From IMG/VR virus record IMGVR_UViG_3300027419_000023: a stretch of DNA of 64,000 nucleotides; one strand, given 5' to 3'. The notes under the pieces are model-generated. The model was not told the DNA's origin and searched no databases. It was given only the letters and a program-made list of their open reading frames with translations. Of this stretch, positions 9,925 to 19,486 are shown one piece after another; the first letter of the stretch is position 1, and every line of letters starts with the position of its first letter. Source of the DNA: a virus. The position numbers and the translations under genes are program-made.

Positions 9925-10728
9925 TTATACCGGTTGCAGGCTATTATCTACATATTTATAGCCAATTGGCAACTTGTAAAGAGTGCCCTTTTCGTCTACA
10001 TAATAGCCATCAGGCACAAGGTACGTACCAGAAGGTACTGACGTATCTAGGATCATGTCTCTGTTTAAATTAATACAGAACTGTAACCAGTCATCCGAGG
10101 TTTTAATCTGGGTCTTATTTATGTGCCGCCAGATCGTAAAGTTACCGTAACCAATGACGGTTTCTCCCGAAGTTGGTCTTATAGCTCCGTCTTCAATATT
10201 GTAAAATTTGGCCCGGAAAGTATAATTACCTTCTTCTGCAGAAACAACGGAATCAAAGGAAACATCTCCACTTTCACTTACGGATATTGTGGATGTTGCA
10301 CTCGCCTCGAAACTACCATTGATACTGTTAAAGTCAGCCATATCTCCTGCACCGGCAGCTTCAGACTGATAATGGAACTTGGTCCAACGAGTACCATCCC
10401 CGTCAACAGAATAATCAACTTTTAGATATTTTGTGGACTCGCCATAGGAATTTGTGTCGCTAGTCGCCTTATATTGGATGTCAATGTTTTTCGAGTTATG
10501 AGCTGCGGCTCGGGCGTTTTGATCTTCGCCAAGAATTTCAACGTCTATGGTGCCAGATCCTTTGTAAATTGCTTCCTGGATAAATTGAGATGCATTGCCA
10601 AAATTTCCTGTTACGGCTAGTAATCCTAAGGTTAATGTGCCTAAGGCAACTAGCGCCACTATAAATAATTTTATCGTTCTATAATCACTGTCTTCCATAA
10701 TTTTCCTCGCTAATGTTTCTTTTTGCAA
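9925..10728 (-). CDS. Membrane-anchored beta-rich exported protein
   Basis: N-terminal TM helix, beta-rich ectodomain. Confidence 0.6.
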   Translation of the reverse strand: MQKETLARKIMEDSDYRTIKLFIVALVALGTLTLGLLAVTGNFGNASQFIQEAIYKGSGTIDVEILGEDQNARAAAHNSKNIDIQYKATSDTNSYGESTKYLKVDYSVDGDGTRWTKFHYQSEAAGAGDMADFNSINGSFEASATSTISVSESGDVSFDSVVSAEEGNYTFRAKFYNIEDGAIRPTSGETVIGYGNFTIWRHINKTQIKTSDDWLQFCINLNRDMILDTSVPSGTYLVPDGYYVDEKGTLYKLPIGYKYVDNSLQPV

Positions 10729-10979
10729 TTCTCTAATTCTTTTTTACAATGGCTATAAGCGTCATGGGCTTCTTTCACATAATATAAATTAGTATTAGAG
10801 CATTTTAATAAAACTTTTTCAACTTCGTTCATCCAAACTTCTTGCGCTTGTTTGCACTTGAAGTCGATCCTTTCGTAGTCATTGAATTTTTTAACAGAAT
10901 TGTCCCAGATGACGTAAAGTATTGCAACAGCCATTATTATAATAAACCCGCATATATATTCAACGATAGCATCATTCAT
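10710..10979 (-). CDS. Single-TM hypothetical protein
   Basis: N-terminal hydrophobic helix. Confidence 0.55.
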   Translation of the reverse strand: MNDAIVEYICGFIIIMAVAILYVIWDNSVKKFNDYERIDFKCKQAQEVWMNEVEKVLLKCSNTNLYYVKEAHDAYSHCKKELENCKKKH

Positions 10980-10981
10980 TA

Positions 10982-11194
10982 TTACCTGATGATATCTATC
11001 ATGGCGTCGTTACTACCTCCGTCCGGTAATATATTTGCCACGGACATCGCATTTAATCCATTATAGTGTTCAAATGTTTCTATGTTTGTTAATACTTGGT
11101 CATCACTAAGTTCCGTGGAAGTATTGGAATTATTTCCGACACTAACAAAACATGTTATGACAACCAAGATTAGTATGGCCAAAATACGGTGCAT
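10982..11194 (-). CDS. Small exported/membrane protein
   Basis: Signal-like N-terminus. Confidence 0.5.
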   Translation of the reverse strand: MHRILAILILVVITCFVSVGNNSNTSTELSDDQVLTNIETFEHYNGLNAMSVANILPDGGSNDAMIDIIR

Positions 11195-11205
11195 ACAACA
11201 ATCCT

Positions 11206-11535
11206 CTAAGATACCGTAGTATTTGTACCATTGGATTCTGCTTCTGCTAACGCAACGGCTTTTTCGGTTGCCTTTGATTCAGATTCCGCAGTTTGTCGAT
11301 CTTTGAAATAGGCATTATATGCAGTGTTGACTAGGCCAATCAACGCTCCCACAATCGTAGTAAATACGGCAAGCATTGCTTGATCAATGGATGTTCCTGT
11401 TAGTATAAGATAGACGGCTGCTAGTCCGCACATACCTATGCCAAATACAGCAATTAACGTAAGTAAAAATCGCGTATTCTTAATTTCTTCATGTAAGAAT
11501 CCCATCGGATTCCATTCTATAGGTCCTAATTTCAT
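11206..11535 (-). CDS. Holin-like 2-TM membrane protein
   Basis: Two TM helices and charged C-terminus. Confidence 0.5.
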   Translation of the reverse strand: MKLGPIEWNPMGFLHEEIKNTRFLLTLIAVFGIGMCGLAAVYLILTGTSIDQAMLAVFTTIVGALIGLVNTAYNAYFKDRQTAESESKATEKAVALAEAESNGTNTTVS

Positions 11536-11933
11536 AAAATCACATAATTTCCTGAGCTATTAGTACTATTAGTACTATTAATGCTACTTGTATTGCTTGT
11601 ATTAAGAAACTTTGTTATGCCAAGCCGCCACGTTGTTTCCTCTAGTAATATTTGAGTGTCATAAGTTAATTCCTCAAATTTTTCCTCGGCAGGCAACAAA
11701 GCATCTGTTGGTATAACGACTGGATACAGTCCTCGATCTTCGTGCATTTGTCCAGAAGTCGTAGGTAACAACAAAACAAGTAATATAAAGAATCCCATTT
11801 TCTTAAGAGATTTTTCTAAGGATTGTTTCTCCTTTTTACTAAGTCTTTTATATTTATTATTAATAATATAAGCGAATATTGACGCAGATGCTACAAATAT
11901 TATTAATAGTGTATAAAAAATATAAGATGTCAT
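11532..11933 (-). CDS. Membrane protein
   Basis: TM helix plus second hydrophobic segment; N-x-S/T-rich tail. Confidence 0.55.
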   Translation of the reverse strand: MTSYIFYTLLIIFVASASIFAYIINNKYKRLSKKEKQSLEKSLKKMGFFILLVLLLPTTSGQMHEDRGLYPVVIPTDALLPAEEKFEELTYDTQILLEETTWRLGITKFLNTSNTSSINSTNSTNSSGNYVIL

Positions 11934-11945
11934 AGTGATTGATCC

Positions 11946-12758
11946 TTAAGTAAATGGTTTCTGGTAGAGTTCCTTGGATGGACCTTCCAGTTGACAGTGC
12001 TGTGGTACAATAGATAGAAGTTTATAAGTCAATAAGTTATCGATCTGCCAACGAGATTTCACTAAACCATACGTTCGGATATACAAGCACCACAGGTAAA
12101 TATAGATGTTACGAGGGATGCCATTTACTTTGACTCCGTGAGAGTATTCATTTGAGGCACTTGCTGCCCAAAGTACATGATTTAGGGTAGGAACGAATAC
12201 AGCTCGGTCAGTTTCCAAGACGATGGGCTCTGGAGTAGGTATTGGATTCTCTTCGTACAGTATTTTTATGCCCGGTATAATATGAATGTCTGTAATCTGA
12301 TCGGATTCAATTCCCATGCTATTAGTCAGAGAATCTGCTCTAGTCGAGGTCCCAGAAAAACAAACACCATTTACGAAATCACAGGAAACCCCAGACCTTA
12401 ACTTCGAAAGAACAATCGCAATCATTACGTCGGTAATAACATTAGCACCTGTACGGACATTAATATCACATGGACATATACATTCCATACGGCCATCTGG
12501 TGTATTACCGGGTAAATATGTTCCATGACCAATAAAAACAATGACTATTGAATCGCCGGAATAAGCTCTTCCCACGATGTTAGCCATATAGTTTAGAATG
12601 TTAACTTTCGTGGCGTAAGTGTCTAATAATTTCGTTACCGTAAATCCTTTGGCTACTAACGTATTGGTAACATCCACGACGTCATATTTTGTGCTAGCAA
12701 TTTTATAAGGATCAGGATATCCTGTTCCAATGCCTATTACAAGTGCTAATTTTTTCAT
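11946..12758 (-). CDS. Caspase-like (peptidase C14/metacaspase) protease
   Basis: KKLALVIGI, ATKVNI, FIGHG, DGxxECICPCD, VCFSG (His-Cys dyad). Confidence 0.85.
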   Translation of the reverse strand: MKKLALVIGIGTGYPDPYKIASTKYDVVDVTNTLVAKGFTVTKLLDTYATKVNILNYMANIVGRAYSGDSIVIVFIGHGTYLPGNTPDGRMECICPCDINVRTGANVITDVMIAIVLSKLRSGVSCDFVNGVCFSGTSTRADSLTNSMGIESDQITDIHIIPGIKILYEENPIPTPEPIVLETDRAVFVPTLNHVLWAASASNEYSHGVKVNGIPRNIYIYLWCLYIRTYGLVKSRWQIDNLLTYKLLSIVPQHCQLEGPSKELYQKPFT

Positions 12759-12785
12759 ACCAGTCCAACCATGCAGCAATTAATA

Positions 12786-12820
12786 TAATCAATATAATAG
12801 GCTTTCTAAAAATTTACGTG
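12786..12820 (-). promoter_or_regulatory. Variant late-promoter-like motif (CACGTAAAT-N14-TTATATTGATTA)
   Basis: Close variant of the consensus, upstream of the caspase/membrane operon. Confidence 0.6.
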
Positions 12821-12854
12821 GCAAACCTCCTAAAAAGTTATGGATGGCATCTCC

Positions 12855-13013
12855 TTATTCCTTATGCCATTCTATCCAACCAGACTTCTGCCATTTTTCC
12901 AAACGCGATTTCTGGAATTTAGAGTCGTCACGTTTGACTTCGCTTGGTATGTATTTAGTCGTCTGTCCTTTTTCCTGGTTTGAAAATTCTTTTTTTACTA
13001 TGAAATATCCCAT
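12855..13013 (-). CDS. Hypothetical 52-aa protein (not in ORF track)
   Basis: GGAGA RBS; MGYFIVKKEF...WIEWHKE*. Confidence 0.5.
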   Translation of the reverse strand: MGYFIVKKEFSNQEKGQTTKYIPSEVKRDDSKFQKSRLEKWQKSGWIEWHKE

Positions 13014-13079
13014 TTGGTTATCTCCTTAGATTTGACATTACAATATTTACAACTTTTATCGGGCAAATTGCATACTCGA

Positions 13080-13298
13080 TCAAGACTTCTTGGCTTTTGG
13101 TTTCTTTTCTTTCTCTTTCGCAACCAACTCGGACAGAGCCTTGTAATCGGCATCTACGGTAATTTTAGGGTTGGATGCCAGCACGTTATCCATTTGCTTT
13201 CGGATAGCGGCCAACTGATCGTCAGTTGTCATCGAGGACGTGACATTCTTCCCGATTGCCAGATCAGATAGCAACTTTTTCTTTTCGTCACTAAGCAT
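13080..13298 (-). CDS. Hypothetical protein, fibre-associated
   Basis: Coupled to 13291-13563 in the GC-richer block. Confidence 0.55.
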   Translation of the reverse strand: MLSDEKKKLLSDLAIGKNVTSSMTTDDQLAAIRKQMDNVLASNPKITVDADYKALSELVAKEKEKKPKAKKS

Positions 13299-13563
13299 TG
13301 AATCCTTCCTCCTGAGTTGCCATCGCTTGAGCGAGCTGCAAAATTGCAGTTTTTGCCGCGTCTAAGTAATAAGTCACAGATTCTAGACCAGGCTCAACCT
13401 CAACGGGCAGCGAATATATGAATCGATATGTATCGTATGTATATTCGCCGTTTGCTACTTGCTCATTCCAACGTACAAAAAGCTCTACCGCGAACCCGGT
13501 GGCAGTTCGCGAGATCGGCCCTATATCGATAGCGGGCTGTTGAATGTTAGATTTGTCGATCAT
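13291..13563 (-). CDS. Hypothetical protein, possible fibre chaperone
   Basis: GGTGA RBS; directly downstream of the fibre gene. Confidence 0.55.
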   Translation of the reverse strand: MIDKSNIQQPAIDIGPISRTATGFAVELFVRWNEQVANGEYTYDTYRFIYSLPVEVEPGLESVTYYLDAAKTAILQLAQAMATQEEGFNA

Positions 13564-13572
13564 GAAATCACC

Positions 13573-15372
13573 TTATACATATTCAAGCCGCGAAGAAGTC
13601 GACAGATTCGAAAGCGAGCCGACGCCACCCAGATTGCGATAGCCGACGCCGCAATACTCGCCATAGTACCAAATGCCACCGGCCAGCAAAATGGTCACTT
13701 GCGTGGGTCTATGCCACCACATATAGTCGCACAAGTAGGTGCTCGACGATCCGCCGCCCAGGTTCGGCAGGAGCAGGTACTTTGTGAGATCCTCGAATAA
13801 CGTGGTTTTTGCGTAGTTATCTGGATTTGTGCCGACATTGTATGCCGGTGGAGCCGCTATGGATGACTCGTAGCTCCCTGATGCAAGTGGACACGCCGGG
13901 GTTCCGGTGCCGTCTCGCTTCAGAATCCTGTATGATGCATCCAGAGCATCCAGTCCTATGATGAATTGCCATGTATTTCCCCAGGGATTCTCGATGCCCC
14001 TGTAAACGATTGGCGTCAATCCGTCGGTGCCCGTTCCGGTGCCAGTACCATTGGTGCCAATGTTGGAATCGGCACTTAGCGCCCCATTTAGCTCGCCGTT
14101 GTATCTCCTGCCGGAATTCTTGTTCACGATGCCATGGCCGATTCCAACAGAGGTGCTCTGCGAATTCCAGTTGCAGTACTCTATTGGGTAGAGGATTCTT
14201 GTGATGAGGTCCCAGCCCCAGACATCAGCACAGCCCCATCTGGAAGAGCCAATATTGTTAGCATAAGTCTCGGCTAATTGCCGAGTCAAGCTCAATGCGC
14301 TGCCGACACTCTGGCAGGTCATCATGTCTGCGCCGCCTGTCGAGCCGTCGAACGCCGCCCCGATTGAGAATTCCCCCAGAGTGTCGCCGATTGACCGGGA
14401 TACTCCAATCACATTGCTATCAGGATCTCTGAAGTTCTGGCCGACCGTGAAAGCCGAGCCGTTTCCAGAGCCGCCCTCCAAGAGTATGTACCCTGCCGCG
14501 TTGCTTGTCGCCCATGAACCGGAGGTAACGACGACTTTCGAAACCTTTCCGGTGGCGCCACTTGAGACGCCTGTGATTGTTTCTCCAACCACCGGCTCAT
14601 GGCTGCCTGTGTCGAATGTGAATCGCCGGGATACCATTCTGAGATAGACTTTTCCTGCCGCATTGCCATCGCCGAATGTGCCCGAAGTGACGTAATATCC
14701 TTCGACCGTGCCGGTCATCAGGCTTGTTGCGCCTGTCAGGACTTCGCCGATAACAGGCGCTACCGATCCTGAGTTGAAGTTGACCTCAACTATTTCGCCG
14801 CCAGTGAACGGTTGCCCGCCTGTCTTGCTGATAAGCGATTTTACGCCAGTTGAAGTATTGACAGACAGGCAGCCGAGATATGCTCCCATGTAGGCCTCGG
14901 ATCGCTCGGTGCCGCCCCTCTGGAGGAACCAAGGATGAGCCTCGAAGCCAGTGAACTCGACCGGAGACACCCACACATACTGATATGTTCCGATCAGTTG
15001 AGCCTTGACGTAGCATTTCGGAATTCGGACCATGACGTTTCCGGATGCTCCTGTGAGATCAAGCCCGTCGCCCCTGGCGTTCGCTCCGAAGGTGGGCACT
15101 CCTGCCGCGGTAAGAGTGCAGCGCCAGATGTTCCCGAATACTGGATGGCTGTCGAACCATGCGTGAGTCTTCTGGGCGATCACCGTACCGTAGGCGTCCA
15201 CCTGTTCCAGGACCGGTGAGCTGCTGGCAGTGTTCCAACGGACGCCGATGATGTAGTTGAGTCCGATCTGTAGTTGCTCCCATGTGACTAGGTCTCCGGT
15301 TTCGGAGCCAGGGGCTGCGTTGATTATCTTGAAGCCGCCGGCGTCCCTCAGCCTGCGGGAGAAGCCGGTCAT
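13573..15372 (-). CDS. Receptor-binding/fibre protein with C-terminal C-type-lectin (Mtd/FGE-like) fold
   Basis: VMVRIPK, YRGIENPWGNTWQ, AGGxWxxGxxCG...SRL; two internal 'GEx(L/I)TGxxSxxTGxV' repeats. Confidence 0.75.
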   Translation of the reverse strand: MTGFSRRLRDAGGFKIINAAPGSETGDLVTWEQLQIGLNYIIGVRWNTASSSPVLEQVDAYGTVIAQKTHAWFDSHPVFGNIWRCTLTAAGVPTFGANARGDGLDLTGASGNVMVRIPKCYVKAQLIGTYQYVWVSPVEFTGFEAHPWFLQRGGTERSEAYMGAYLGCLSVNTSTGVKSLISKTGGQPFTGGEIVEVNFNSGSVAPVIGEVLTGATSLMTGTVEGYYVTSGTFGDGNAAGKVYLRMVSRRFTFDTGSHEPVVGETITGVSSGATGKVSKVVVTSGSWATSNAAGYILLEGGSGNGSAFTVGQNFRDPDSNVIGVSRSIGDTLGEFSIGAAFDGSTGGADMMTCQSVGSALSLTRQLAETYANNIGSSRWGCADVWGWDLITRILYPIEYCNWNSQSTSVGIGHGIVNKNSGRRYNGELNGALSADSNIGTNGTGTGTGTDGLTPIVYRGIENPWGNTWQFIIGLDALDASYRILKRDGTGTPACPLASGSYESSIAAPPAYNVGTNPDNYAKTTLFEDLTKYLLLPNLGGGSSSTYLCDYMWWHRPTQVTILLAGGIWYYGEYCGVGYRNLGGVGSLSNLSTSSRLEYV

Positions 15373-15809
15373 ACGTCCATCTCCCGGTATAACACATATC
15401 CGGACACCTGCCCGGAGCTTGATGATTGTAGGTTGAACGCATCATTCTCCAGGCAATCCAGGTACAAGCCGCCGATAAAATCGTCAGAGATGACATCCAC
15501 TTGCATTGACCCAGACAGCGGTGCAGCATCGCTGAGGTAAGTCAGCTTGGTGCTGACACCAAAATCAGCCACGGCAACGATCTTGTAGATGCGTAGCTTC
15601 TTCCCAACACCAGGTGCAGCGATGATCTCGTGAGTATCTGCTGTGGCAAAATCGATCACAGCAGTTTGCAATACATAAGGGGAATCTTCCATGAAGGTTC
15701 GGGAGACATAGACATCCTCGCCACCCTCATGAGTATTGATCACGCCGGCCTTGAACGGGACGTTCCCGTACTCGGCTAAATTAATAGTTTCTAATTCAGG
15801 AGCTGTCAT
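15369..15809 (-). CDS. Putative virion structural protein
   Basis: Beta-rich 'IIAAPGVGKKLRIY' pattern; structural operon. Confidence 0.5.
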   Translation of the reverse strand: MTAPELETINLAEYGNVPFKAGVINTHEGGEDVYVSRTFMEDSPYVLQTAVIDFATADTHEIIAAPGVGKKLRIYKIVAVADFGVSTKLTYLSDAAPLSGSMQVDVISDDFIGGLYLDCLENDAFNLQSSSSGQVSGYVLYREMDV

Positions 15810-15941
15810 AAAATCACCAATGCATCATCATGTAACCAGAGTTCCAACCACAACCATGATCGAGGCTATAAATCACGAAGCCTTTTTTGAAAAGATATAC
15901 AAGTGCTTTGCGAATACTCATTCCAGAACTAAGAATTAACA

Positions 15942-16361
15942 TTATACCTCTTGCCCGTGGATACTGTAATGGCAAAATGATCCAGATAAACCATATACTG
16001 ATAGTTGACTAACACCTTTTAGATAAACTGGAATGCTAGCTCCTTCGGGAACATACCCACCCGATTCATTAGATGCAGTACCATCTACTTCGTAAAATAT
16101 ATCACCTAATCTAGCAGTAAGGATGCAAAAATATGCAGTAGATGTAAATGGAATATCTTGTGCAGCACTTGCCATAGTAAGCATTTCAGTTGCAGTAGTT
16201 TGAATAATATCCGATGTACTAATTTCTCCACTAATACTCAAAGTAGCTGTACCGTCTCCGTTATCGGTAGCCAAACATGGTAATACAGTACCATTAGTAT
16301 CAATAACTGCACATATTCCTTTGGCTCCAACATTTGAACCAGACATGTTAATTTTTGTCAT
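15942..16361 (-). CDS. Putative virion structural protein
   Basis: Beta-rich; structural operon. Confidence 0.5.
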   Translation of the reverse strand: MTKINMSGSNVGAKGICAVIDTNGTVLPCLATDNGDGTATLSISGEISTSDIIQTTATEMLTMASAAQDIPFTSTAYFCILTARLGDIFYEVDGTASNESGGYVPEGASIPVYLKGVSQLSVYGLSGSFCHYSIHGQEV

Positions 16362-16437
16362 ATATCTCCATTGAAATTTAATAAAAGTATTTTATGGCCA
16401 ATGAAACCATAAAATTATATGAATAATTATTACTACA

Positions 16438-16830
16438 CTAATAATCATTAGTATATGCTAGATCATAAGAAGCAGATTGACCATACTCAGTAGATCTAAC
16501 ACTAACAATAATATCAGTACATGGATCACCGATGTATTTACTGAAAGTATTAGAAAATATGTTAGATTCGGTCCTAATAAGAATGTCATCAATATAAATT
16601 TCTATTTTGCATTCCAAATCATAATTAGAATCAGTATTTTCAACTACGATATTTTTAGGCCCGATGCCATCAGTGTCCCAATTCAATATTTCTATCCATG
16701 CATTCGATGGTTCAGGACTTGGTACCATTCCGGCAGAATATAATTCATTTGGATTATGTCCCAATTCTAAAAGATTAATATATTGAATATACGTTATAGT
16801 GCCCCTTCGATATGCATCTAATAATCTCAT
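16438..16830 (-). CDS. Putative virion protein with shared N-terminal module
   Basis: MRLLDAYRRGTITYIQYINLLELGHNP. Confidence 0.65.
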   Translation of the reverse strand: MRLLDAYRRGTITYIQYINLLELGHNPNELYSAGMVPSPEPSNAWIEILNWDTDGIGPKNIVVENTDSNYDLECKIEIYIDDILIRTESNIFSNTFSKYIGDPCTDIIVSVRSTEYGQSASYDLAYTNDY

Positions 16831-16863
16831 ATTATCACGCCCTGGTAAAAAATATGAGATTAT
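16821..16863 (-). promoter_or_regulatory. 13-bp perfect hairpin immediately 3' of a UAG, covering the next RBS and AUG
   Basis: ATAATCTCATATT-N17-AATATGAGATTAT. Confidence 0.6.
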
Positions 16864-17634
16864 CTATGCAGTTACAGTCCATTCTAAGGTAACTAGTATT
16901 TTTCCGCCGGCAGTGCTTTTAGCGCTAGTCAAATAGTAATATCCATCAGCAAGCACTACATTATTGGTTGTTGGGCTTGCACTGTATTCCGTATTGAGGG
17001 CAGCTGAAGCTGATGCCGTCAAAACACCACTAGATGAAGCTCCCGTTGAATTACCACATGTTACGGTACCGCTATCAGTAGCAGCTAGTGCCTTCATTAC
17101 GATACCACGGATCTTGCCAATAGTAACCTTCATAGGGAAGTAGATTCTAGTAGTGGTTTGCTCTCCAGTTTCGAAACTCATCGGAACTGTAGTAATTCCT
17201 TTAAGTAGGGCTGCTTCCAGATGAGCTATCTTTGCAGATACGGTTAGAACTCCACTAGTATCCGTAAGCCCTGTAGCCGAAGCTGTTCCTGCCATGATAT
17301 CTGCTAGAGGAATAGCAGCTTGAGTAAACGTAACTTCCTTGAGACTGTCACCGTCTGCGCTATCATTAATCATGAAACTATCTGCAGCAACCGGTGTGGT
17401 TTTGGCATCCAGTCCAGCAATAGCAACGGTCATTACGCCGTCTGTCTCATCAAGGCCTGTTGCAGTGACTGTTCCAGCAATATCTTCTACGACATCTGCC
17501 ATTACGACTTTCTTGGCAATACCGCTCTTCAGGAAAACAAAGCTATCAGTAGCCATGTCTTCTACAGCGGCATCAAGAGAAGCATAAGAAGCTTTTTGAG
17601 GACCAGTTAATTTTGAAAATTTTTGAGGTGGCAT
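16864..17634 (-). CDS. Putative head fibre/decoration protein
   Basis: Ala/Thr-rich with two 'DIxAGTxxATGLxxTxGVxTV' repeats; follows the capsid gene. Confidence 0.55.
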   Translation of the reverse strand: MPPQKFSKLTGPQKASYASLDAAVEDMATDSFVFLKSGIAKKVVMADVVEDIAGTVTATGLDETDGVMTVAIAGLDAKTTPVAADSFMINDSADGDSLKEVTFTQAAIPLADIMAGTASATGLTDTSGVLTVSAKIAHLEAALLKGITTVPMSFETGEQTTTRIYFPMKVTIGKIRGIVMKALAATDSGTVTCGNSTGASSSGVLTASASAALNTEYSASPTTNNVVLADGYYYLTSAKSTAGGKILVTLEWTVTA

Positions 17635-17684
17635 ATTTTTATAAACTCCATGTAATTTATGTTTTTGTTATAATTACCATACTT

Positions 17685-17716
17685 AAATAAGTGAAAAGAT
17701 AAAAATTCACTTATTT
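17685..17716 (-). terminator. Hairpin downstream of the capsid gene
   Basis: AAATAAGTGAA/TTCACTTATTT 11-bp stem. Confidence 0.4.
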
Positions 17717-17735
17717 GTTTTAATTAACGTGGTCT

Positions 17736-18665
17736 CTAAGAAGCCTTGGTGTTAATTTCTACAAACGCCTCAGGACTATGGATTTCAATTGGGCAAACCC
17801 ATTCCTTGACCTCAACCCAGAAGTTTCCACCCTTCTCCTTGGGATAGTCGTCAGCCACGTCGATTTCCTGGCTTACAACGAATTCAGCTGCCTGTGGACT
17901 GTAAGGTATCACGTAAGCGTAGCCAGTTGGAGTGAACTGAGACTCGATCATCCAACTGCGATCTGCTTCACCCTTTCCAAAGAGTTTGCCAATATAGTCG
18001 GCAAATGGAACTCTCTCGGAGTCAGTCTTATAGAGGTTATACATGGTTGCCCTATCAGCTACTAGTCCCCAGGGCTTGAACCTCGGGTCCATAAACTTGA
18101 TAGCATTAACTATGTCTTCGTACGGATCAAGGGTATCGCCGCTAGAGTCCCATGGACCCATATTTACGACATCATTGCCGGTTGCAGTGTCGCTAGTATT
18201 AAGTACCTTTCCACGAGTATTGACATGAGCTACATCTACGATACCATTGATACCGAGAGAACTATCGCCATTAATCGCAGTGTAATCCTCAGTAGCATGG
18301 ATCTTGGCCATGACTTCGTTGATCTCTGCGGTCTTCATGACTGGGCCTTGAGTCTTAGCTAGGTCTCTCTCGTTAATATAGAAACCAGTACCAATCTGAT
18401 ACATTTCGTGTTTTTCTACGCCAGCTGCGATCTGGATTGGGTCTGGGCTAGCACCTTTGGCAACTATTCCAGCTCTACCAGAAGTTGTCTGGATATGAGT
18501 AATCGCGTCAATATCGATCTGGGTTCCGACATCCCTATAGGGTAGAATATTCCTTGCGATAAGTTCTGGTCTGTAATTCAGCTCGTAATCGTTAATGGTT
18601 TGTACCCAAGCTGTAACTACTTCCTCGGGAATAAACGAACCGTAATGTAAAGTTGTGTCTGCCAT
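17736..18665 (-). CDS. Major capsid protein (HK97 fold, encapsulin/linocin-like)
   Basis: 309 aa; LIARNILP, EDYTAINGD..LGINGI, PIEIHSPEAFVEI; follows protease and decoration genes. Confidence 0.85.
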   Translation of the reverse strand: MADTTLHYGSFIPEEVVTAWVQTINDYELNYRPELIARNILPYRDVGTQIDIDAITHIQTTSGRAGIVAKGASPDPIQIAAGVEKHEMYQIGTGFYINERDLAKTQGPVMKTAEINEVMAKIHATEDYTAINGDSSLGINGIVDVAHVNTRGKVLNTSDTATGNDVVNMGPWDSSGDTLDPYEDIVNAIKFMDPRFKPWGLVADRATMYNLYKTDSERVPFADYIGKLFGKGEADRSWMIESQFTPTGYAYVIPYSPQAAEFVVSQEIDVADDYPKEKGGNFWVEVKEWVCPIEIHSPEAFVEINTKAS

Positions 18666-18721
18666 AATTTTTTAAACTCCTTGAATTTAAATACGTTATA
18701 AAATATTTAAGGTGTATTACC

Positions 18722-19420
18722 TTAAATAAGTTCGACCTCCACTTGGGTCAGTTTGTAAGCATAGAGGTTGCCGGAATGAGCAAGAGGAGTCTTGACCATC
18801 TGGATAGCCGTACTAGAATAATCAGAATCTGCGACCATATTAACTTCTGCATGATTATCGGAATCAAGTACGATATAGTCACCGTCTCTCAATGCCAGAT
18901 AATCCTTGATGGTCGAAGATCCAAAGGTCACGATATCGTTGCTAATTGAAGTGAAGTTCTGCTTGTAATTAGCGGATCCACTATCAGCCATATCTAGAAC
19001 TCGGCCAAACGAATATAGAGTTTTTGTAGTTCCTGTGGTTTCCGGAACGACAACACCTAAAGTTTCGGTACCAGCTCCTAAGGCGGTAGAATCTACTTGT
19101 AACCGCATAAAGTCGCCAGTATCGATAGTTTGCCCACCAAGCATCCAAACGTTTGCGGTACCGGTTGCCACGTAAGGTACTATCTTGCCGGCAGCATAGA
19201 AACCATCGTACGGTCTCTGTTCTCGGTTGTCGTTAATAGCAACACCCAAATAATCATACGTGGAAGTTGCAGTGCAAACAGTTGCTTCGATTGTTCCGTC
19301 GGCTGCTCTATGAACAACTGCACCAAACGGAATTTCGCTGGCAGCGATGCCAGTTCTAATAATACCATGACCTGCGGTTAAAACACCTTTCTTGGTCATA
19401 TAAGTTGGAATTGTAGCCAT
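18722..19420 (-). CDS. Capsid decoration/cement protein
   Basis: AxxxIPFGxVV, YLGVA, VPYVATGTANV; between scaffold and capsid genes. Confidence 0.7.
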   Translation of the reverse strand: MATIPTYMTKKGVLTAGHGIIRTGIAASEIPFGAVVHRAADGTIEATVCTATSTYDYLGVAINDNREQRPYDGFYAAGKIVPYVATGTANVWMLGGQTIDTGDFMRLQVDSTALGAGTETLGVVVPETTGTTKTLYSFGRVLDMADSGSANYKQNFTSISNDIVTFGSSTIKDYLALRDGDYIVLDSDNHAEVNMVADSDYSSTAIQMVKTPLAHSGNLYAYKLTQVEVELI

Positions 19421-19445
19421 AAGTTTTTAAGCTCCTAAATAATTA

Positions 19446-19478
19446 TAATCAAATAAATAAGAAAAGAGATTTTACGTC
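19446..19478 (-). promoter_or_regulatory. Bipartite late-promoter-like motif (N12) for the decoration/capsid operon
   Basis: GACGTAAAA-N12-TTTATTTGATTA. Confidence 0.78.
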
Positions 19479-19486
19479 TCTTATTC

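Noticed and set aside
13573-15372. Complete diversity-generating retroelement
   Set aside because: No reverse transcriptase or template repeat found in the window
13459-15529. Multiple overlapping alternative-frame ORFs in the fibre gene
   Set aside because: Shadow ORFs of a GC-richer gene; no RBS or motifs
17736-18665. Cellular encapsulin nanocompartment
   Set aside because: Portal, terminase, protease and decoration context identify it as a viral capsid protein
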